From positions 1-37,312 of IMG/VR virus record IMGVR_UViG_3300005077_000106: DNA of 37,312 nt. One strand, written 5' to 3'. A program made the translations under genes and the position numbers. This stretch comes from a virus (taxonomy: Duplodnaviria; Caudoviricetes). The notes below the pieces were generated by a model. It was not told the DNA's origin, ran no database searches, and worked only from the letters and a program-made list of their open reading frames with translations. This document shows positions 33,500 through 37,312 of this stretch, in pieces; the stretch's first letter is position 1; each line of letters starts with the position of its first letter.

Positions 33500-35784
33500 A
33501 CCAAACCATAGGCATAGAGTATACAGCTACTGGATACGAGAAGGTTACTAGGACCTTCCTAGCGCTATCCAAGTCGCTAGATAAGTTCATCGCCAAGGTT
33601 GGGCTTGCTAACACTGCACTCAAGAGTCTTAAAGAGAATTTAGCAATCTCGAAGATGTTTGGTGGGCAGGTGGAGGGGGTGCGCGAACTAACCACCGCCC
33701 TGACAGCGTTCAACGCCGCTGCAGAGAGAAATAAAAAGGTTACCGGCAGGAGAGGAATAGCGCTCACCGCCCCTTCCGCCGACCCCAAGATCTCAAAAAG
33801 CAAAACGATCGGCGAGTGGAGGAAGTCCCAGGCAGTCATAAGTTACCCGCCTTACCAGAAAGGGTCAGCCAAGGAAGAGAGTGGAGCTCAGGTTATAGCG
33901 GCCAAAAGTCCGAAAGCTAGCAAGAAAAGGAGCGGCATTAATCAGTCCTCTGGAAGGCAGGACGGCTCTGGGATGCCTTGGGCCTTGGGGGCTTTCCCCT
34001 ATGCGCTGCGATGGGGTGGTACGGCAGCTGCCATATATGGTGGCGCTTCCCTAGCTAAGAGCACGCTGTTGGGTGGTAGTAGGACTGAGACGGTAAAAGG
34101 ACTTAGGGACGTAGCTGCACTCGGATTCAACAAGAAGGAGCTCCGCGGCATAGAGGATTGGGCTGATCAGTTCGTAAAGAAGAATTGGGTTGCAGGAAAC
34201 CAGTCCGACATGCTGGATGTGTTTTCGGAAATAGGCAGTGCGTTCGATCCAGAGAGAAGCCCCTACTTCAAAAACCCGGCCCACGGGGCAGCTACAATAA
34301 AAAGAATGTCAGAGCAGGCCGCAATCCTCGCATCTGTGTCGAAGATGGCACCAGGTGCCGGCGGGAAACTTCTAGCCGGTGCTTTGCAGGCGCAGTTAGC
34401 CTTTATGAAACCCGATGAACTCGAACTATACAAGAAGGGGATAAAGGACATAGGGGATCTGTCCGGTTCTACCGCAGCCAAGATCGGAGAGGCCATCAAA
34501 GTCACGGCTATTTGGGGCACAGAAATACAGCAGGCCTTCGGATACGAGCTGCCAGGGGCACTCCAATCTGGATGGTCGCTAGAGAGCGTGCTGTCGTATA
34601 GCGGCATGCTAAAAACAGCCGGGATCCCGGCGACTAAGGCCGCAAGGGCTCTGCGTGGGTTAATGGAGACGGGGCCCGAGGATATGGCCTACCTATGGTT
34701 GGCCGGCAACGAAGACGCTGCAACCTCGGAGAAGTTTAAGGCCCTCAAGGAGTCCGATAGAAAAAAACTAGCCAAGCAATTCGCCCCAGAAATGAAAAGC
34801 ATGTTTAGTAAAGACCCGTTCGGCTTCGGGAGGTATTTGGGCGAGAGGCTAATACAAGCCGAAAAAAATAATTTTATGCTTGGGGACATATTTGATACCG
34901 ATTTTACCCAGATAATTAGAGCCTTCCTCTCCCCAGAGATGCTAGAGAGAATGAAGCAGGTAAGGGACACTATCGGCGGGGCCACTATGGAGTCTCTAGA
35001 AAAACGATCTCAGGAAACTGCCGACGACCCGGGGGGGTACCAGAAGAGGATTTCAGACGCGTGGGGGCATATGACGAGGCAACTTGCGCTGCTAGCCGGG
35101 CAGACAGAGTCTATGCCAGCCGTATTGGACGCTATGCTGAAGCCTATGTATAGCGTTATTGAGTGGCTAAAAGGACAAAAGACTGGGCTGGACTTAACCC
35201 AGGACGTGTCTAATCTTGTTGGGCAGCTATCTTGGGGTGCGTTCCAGGCCGCCTTCACACCTATCAGGTGGGCCACAAACTTCCTGCTCGAAGACTACGG
35301 GGTGAATTTGCAGTGGCAAAGCTTCGCACAATTCAAAGAGGCGGTTGACGCCTTCCTTAATCAGTTTAGGTATTTCTGGACCAGGCTAGAGGACTGGATG
35401 CGAGAGGGTGCGAAGTGGATTGTCGAAAAACTCAATACTGCCGAGAAGTGGACCGAAGAAACTGCAAAAGCGGCCGGCGCTGCTATCCAGAAGGGCCTCC
35501 CCATTGCTCCAGACACCCCTCAGTGGCAGGGGCAAGTTGGGCTCGCCCCCCCATGGTTCAATAAATTCTTCGGAGGCGGAGGCCAGGTAGCACTGAATGG
35601 TGGCGTAGGCGCAGGCGGACAGCCGGTCACAGTGAACAATAACGAGACTATACGGCTAGAGTCTAAGGTGATGATTAATCAAGAGGAAATAGGCAGAGCT
35701 GTAGAGGAGTACATGCGCGGGAACACCATACAGCGTGGTGTGGGCTACGGAGACGGACTAGAGGGGGTAGCCGGTGGGTACTAA
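33496..35784 (+). CDS. Tail tape measure protein
   Basis: 762 aa, Ala/Gly-rich helical; GIPATKAARALR; position. Confidence 0.85.
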   Translation: MNQTIGIEYTATGYEKVTRTFLALSKSLDKFIAKVGLANTALKSLKENLAISKMFGGQVEGVRELTTALTAFNAAAERNKKVTGRRGIALTAPSADPKISKSKTIGEWRKSQAVISYPPYQKGSAKEESGAQVIAAKSPKASKKRSGINQSSGRQDGSGMPWALGAFPYALRWGGTAAAIYGGASLAKSTLLGGSRTETVKGLRDVAALGFNKKELRGIEDWADQFVKKNWVAGNQSDMLDVFSEIGSAFDPERSPYFKNPAHGAATIKRMSEQAAILASVSKMAPGAGGKLLAGALQAQLAFMKPDELELYKKGIKDIGDLSGSTAAKIGEAIKVTAIWGTEIQQAFGYELPGALQSGWSLESVLSYSGMLKTAGIPATKAARALRGLMETGPEDMAYLWLAGNEDAATSEKFKALKESDRKKLAKQFAPEMKSMFSKDPFGFGRYLGERLIQAEKNNFMLGDIFDTDFTQIIRAFLSPEMLERMKQVRDTIGGATMESLEKRSQETADDPGGYQKRISDAWGHMTRQLALLAGQTESMPAVLDAMLKPMYSVIEWLKGQKTGLDLTQDVSNLVGQLSWGAFQAAFTPIRWATNFLLEDYGVNLQWQSFAQFKEAVDAFLNQFRYFWTRLEDWMREGAKWIVEKLNTAEKWTEETAKAAGAAIQKGLPIAPDTPQWQGQVGLAPPWFNKFFGGGGQVALNGGVGAGGQPVTVNNNETIRLESKVMINQEEIGRAVEEYMRGNTIQRGVGYGDGLEGVAGGY

Positions 35785-36211
35785 TAGCTGGTACCGTGGC
35801 AGCATATTCGGTGGTGGGGGAGTCGTGGAGTTCTTCTATAACCCCCTAGAGGTAAAGATAACCAAGCAGACAAAATGGAATCACCTTGCAGCAGCGGGCC
35901 GCGAACAGCCAATACTTCAATATGGATGCGGAGAGGCAAGGCACTTTGATATAGAGCTTACGCTCGCAAGGTCCGCAGGGGACTCATACGCAAAGAATAC
36001 AGTGGAGAAACTGATAGACATGTGCCGGCCAAAGTCCAAAGGTGCCGGGGTTGATTCTCCGCATAAGGTGCGCTTGATGTTAGGCGACGCTCTAAAGGTA
36101 GACTGCATAATAGACAGTGTTGATGCGGTGTATGGACCTATGTTTGACCCAAATAGCCTGAACCCATATACGGGTAAGGTCTCCGTGAAGCTCACAGAGA
36201 TAATGGAATAG
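35774..36211 (+). CDS. Tail tube initiator/baseplate protein
   Basis: FFYNP.EVKI, PILQYG.GE.R, VSVKLTE. Confidence 0.75.
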   Translation: MGTNSWYRGSIFGGGGVVEFFYNPLEVKITKQTKWNHLAAAGREQPILQYGCGEARHFDIELTLARSAGDSYAKNTVEKLIDMCRPKSKGAGVDSPHKVRLMLGDALKVDCIIDSVDAVYGPMFDPNSLNPYTGKVSVKLTEIME

Positions 36212-37312
36212 ATGACATATAAGTGGCAGCCAGACTTCGTTATCACGGTAGCAGGAAAGGATATCACCAAATTGGTGGAGTCTTGGACGCTAAATGACGT
36301 TGAGGATGGTATATCGAACCTTAGCGTCACTCTTGTGAACCAACACTGGGACTTTAACGGGAAGGTAGACGACGAGGCCACGATTAAGCACGGTCTCCGG
36401 GGCAATCTTTCCGGGAAGGTTACCATGAAGATAAAGGAGTATACCGAGACGTATTCTGTCGGTGGCAGCAGGGTCACGATAACAGCCCACGATTGCCTCG
36501 AGAGAATGACAGGTGTTTCAGCACATGGTTTTTTCCAGCATAAAGATACCCAGAAGGCCATCAAACAAATAGGTGAGATGCTTGAGCAGCGCATAAACGT
36601 GAAGACAGACGGCATGGAAAACCCCCAATACCCAGAAGACTACAAAATCAGCATAGCTAATCAGAGGCTTTTTGATGCCCAGCGGGAACTGATCGGCACC
36701 ATGGGTAACCTAAAGAAGAAAAAGGCCGGCAATACCCCCAGCGCAAGCGGCAAAAAGGCTATTAAAAAGCAGACGAAGGGGAAAAAGATAGCAGACTTTG
36801 AGGGTGTGGTAAAAGAGGGTCTACTATCGGCTCAGGGGCCATATAGCACGGAGAATAAAATAAAAGACGTGAACAACGTCATGAAAAACGTCCTTGACCA
36901 GTTCACGCAGAACGCCTCCGGGGAAACATTAAGGGCCGCCATGAAGACCGTAGGCCTGCCGGATCTTAAGGCAAAGATAGTCATAACCGTAAACAACGTA
37001 GGGCGGCACTCCGGAAAATGGTACGTTAAGGGAGCGACTCACTCGTGGGATAAGAGCGGCACATACACAGTAAACACAGAGCTCATCAAGGTAGATGAAG
37101 ATGCCCCGCTCGTAAGGTATGCAGAAATATACGAGAAGGATACAGTCTATTGTGGACCAAGAAAAGTTGATGCTGGCAGCGCACTTACGTTCACCTTTGG
37201 CAAGGAGGATAAGCGGATAATAGACTTTAAGTGGACAGAGAGTGTCCAGGAGGCGAGAGCAGCCGGAGAAAGGTCGCAGTCTGACCACATCCCGATCGAC
37301 GCCGTCAAAGAA
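36212..37312 (+). CDS. Baseplate hub, late control D-like; partial (runs off window)
   Basis: Not in ORF track. ATG at 36212: MTYKWQPDFVITVAGKDITKLVESWTLNDVEDGISNLSVTLVN...; later GLPDLKA and SGKWYVKGATH. Confidence 0.8.
   Translation, partial: MTYKWQPDFVITVAGKDITKLVESWTLNDVEDGISNLSVTLVNQHWDFNGKVDDEATIKHGLRGNLSGKVTMKIKEYTETYSVGGSRVTITAHDCLERMTGVSAHGFFQHKDTQKAIKQIGEMLEQRINVKTDGMENPQYPEDYKISIANQRLFDAQRELIGTMGNLKKKKAGNTPSASGKKAIKKQTKGKKIADFEGVVKEGLLSAQGPYSTENKIKDVNNVMKNVLDQFTQNASGETLRAAMKTVGLPDLKAKIVITVNNVGRHSGKWYVKGATHSWDKSGTYTVNTELIKVDEDAPLVRYAEIYEKDTVYCGPRKVDAGSALTFTFGKEDKRIIDFKWTESVQEARAAGERSQSDHIPIDAVKE

Larger units (their letters stand above)
1..37312. mobile_element. Temperate myovirus-like phage genome segment, probably excised/circular form
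   Basis: Integrase, repressor, xis, terminase, portal, capsid, sheath, tube and tape measure in phage-like order. Phage genes lie on both sides of the integrase. Confidence 0.95.

Noticed and set aside
35917-36615. 232-aa minus-strand ORF and similar antisense ORFs (e.g. 25142..25690, 10222..10788)
   Set aside because: Shadows of well-supported genes on the opposite strand, with no recognisable motifs.

Overview
The whole window is a temperate, contractile-tailed (myovirus-like) phage genome segment with no recognisable host genes. From 1 to 16041 a minus-strand early/middle block encodes: an excisionase; a Sak4-like ATPase, Cas4-like nuclease and SSB; a ParB-like/radical-SAM (DUF5131) fusion; a RepB-type primase-helicase followed by an iteron origin at about 8016-8360; a class II ribonucleotide reductase; a dUTPase/dCTP-deaminase-fold protein; a metallophosphoesterase; a PAPS-reductase-like gene; and many small Cys-rich ORFs. 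A face-to-face promoter switch (16093-16198) drives repressor and integrase on the plus strand, followed by an attP-like interval. From 18354 to the end is the late operon: terminase, portal-MuF fusion, protease/scaffold, two decoration paralogues, capsid, neck, sheath, tube, chaperones with a T6G -1 slip site, tape measure and baseplate hub. The most unusual feature is a ~100-aa beta-rich module nested inside itself three deep (A1-A2-A3-B3-B2-B1) in a capsid decoration protein and nested again in the tail sheath. Three genes carry frame breaks that may be assembly errors. All family assignments come from motif recognition by eye; no database search was run.
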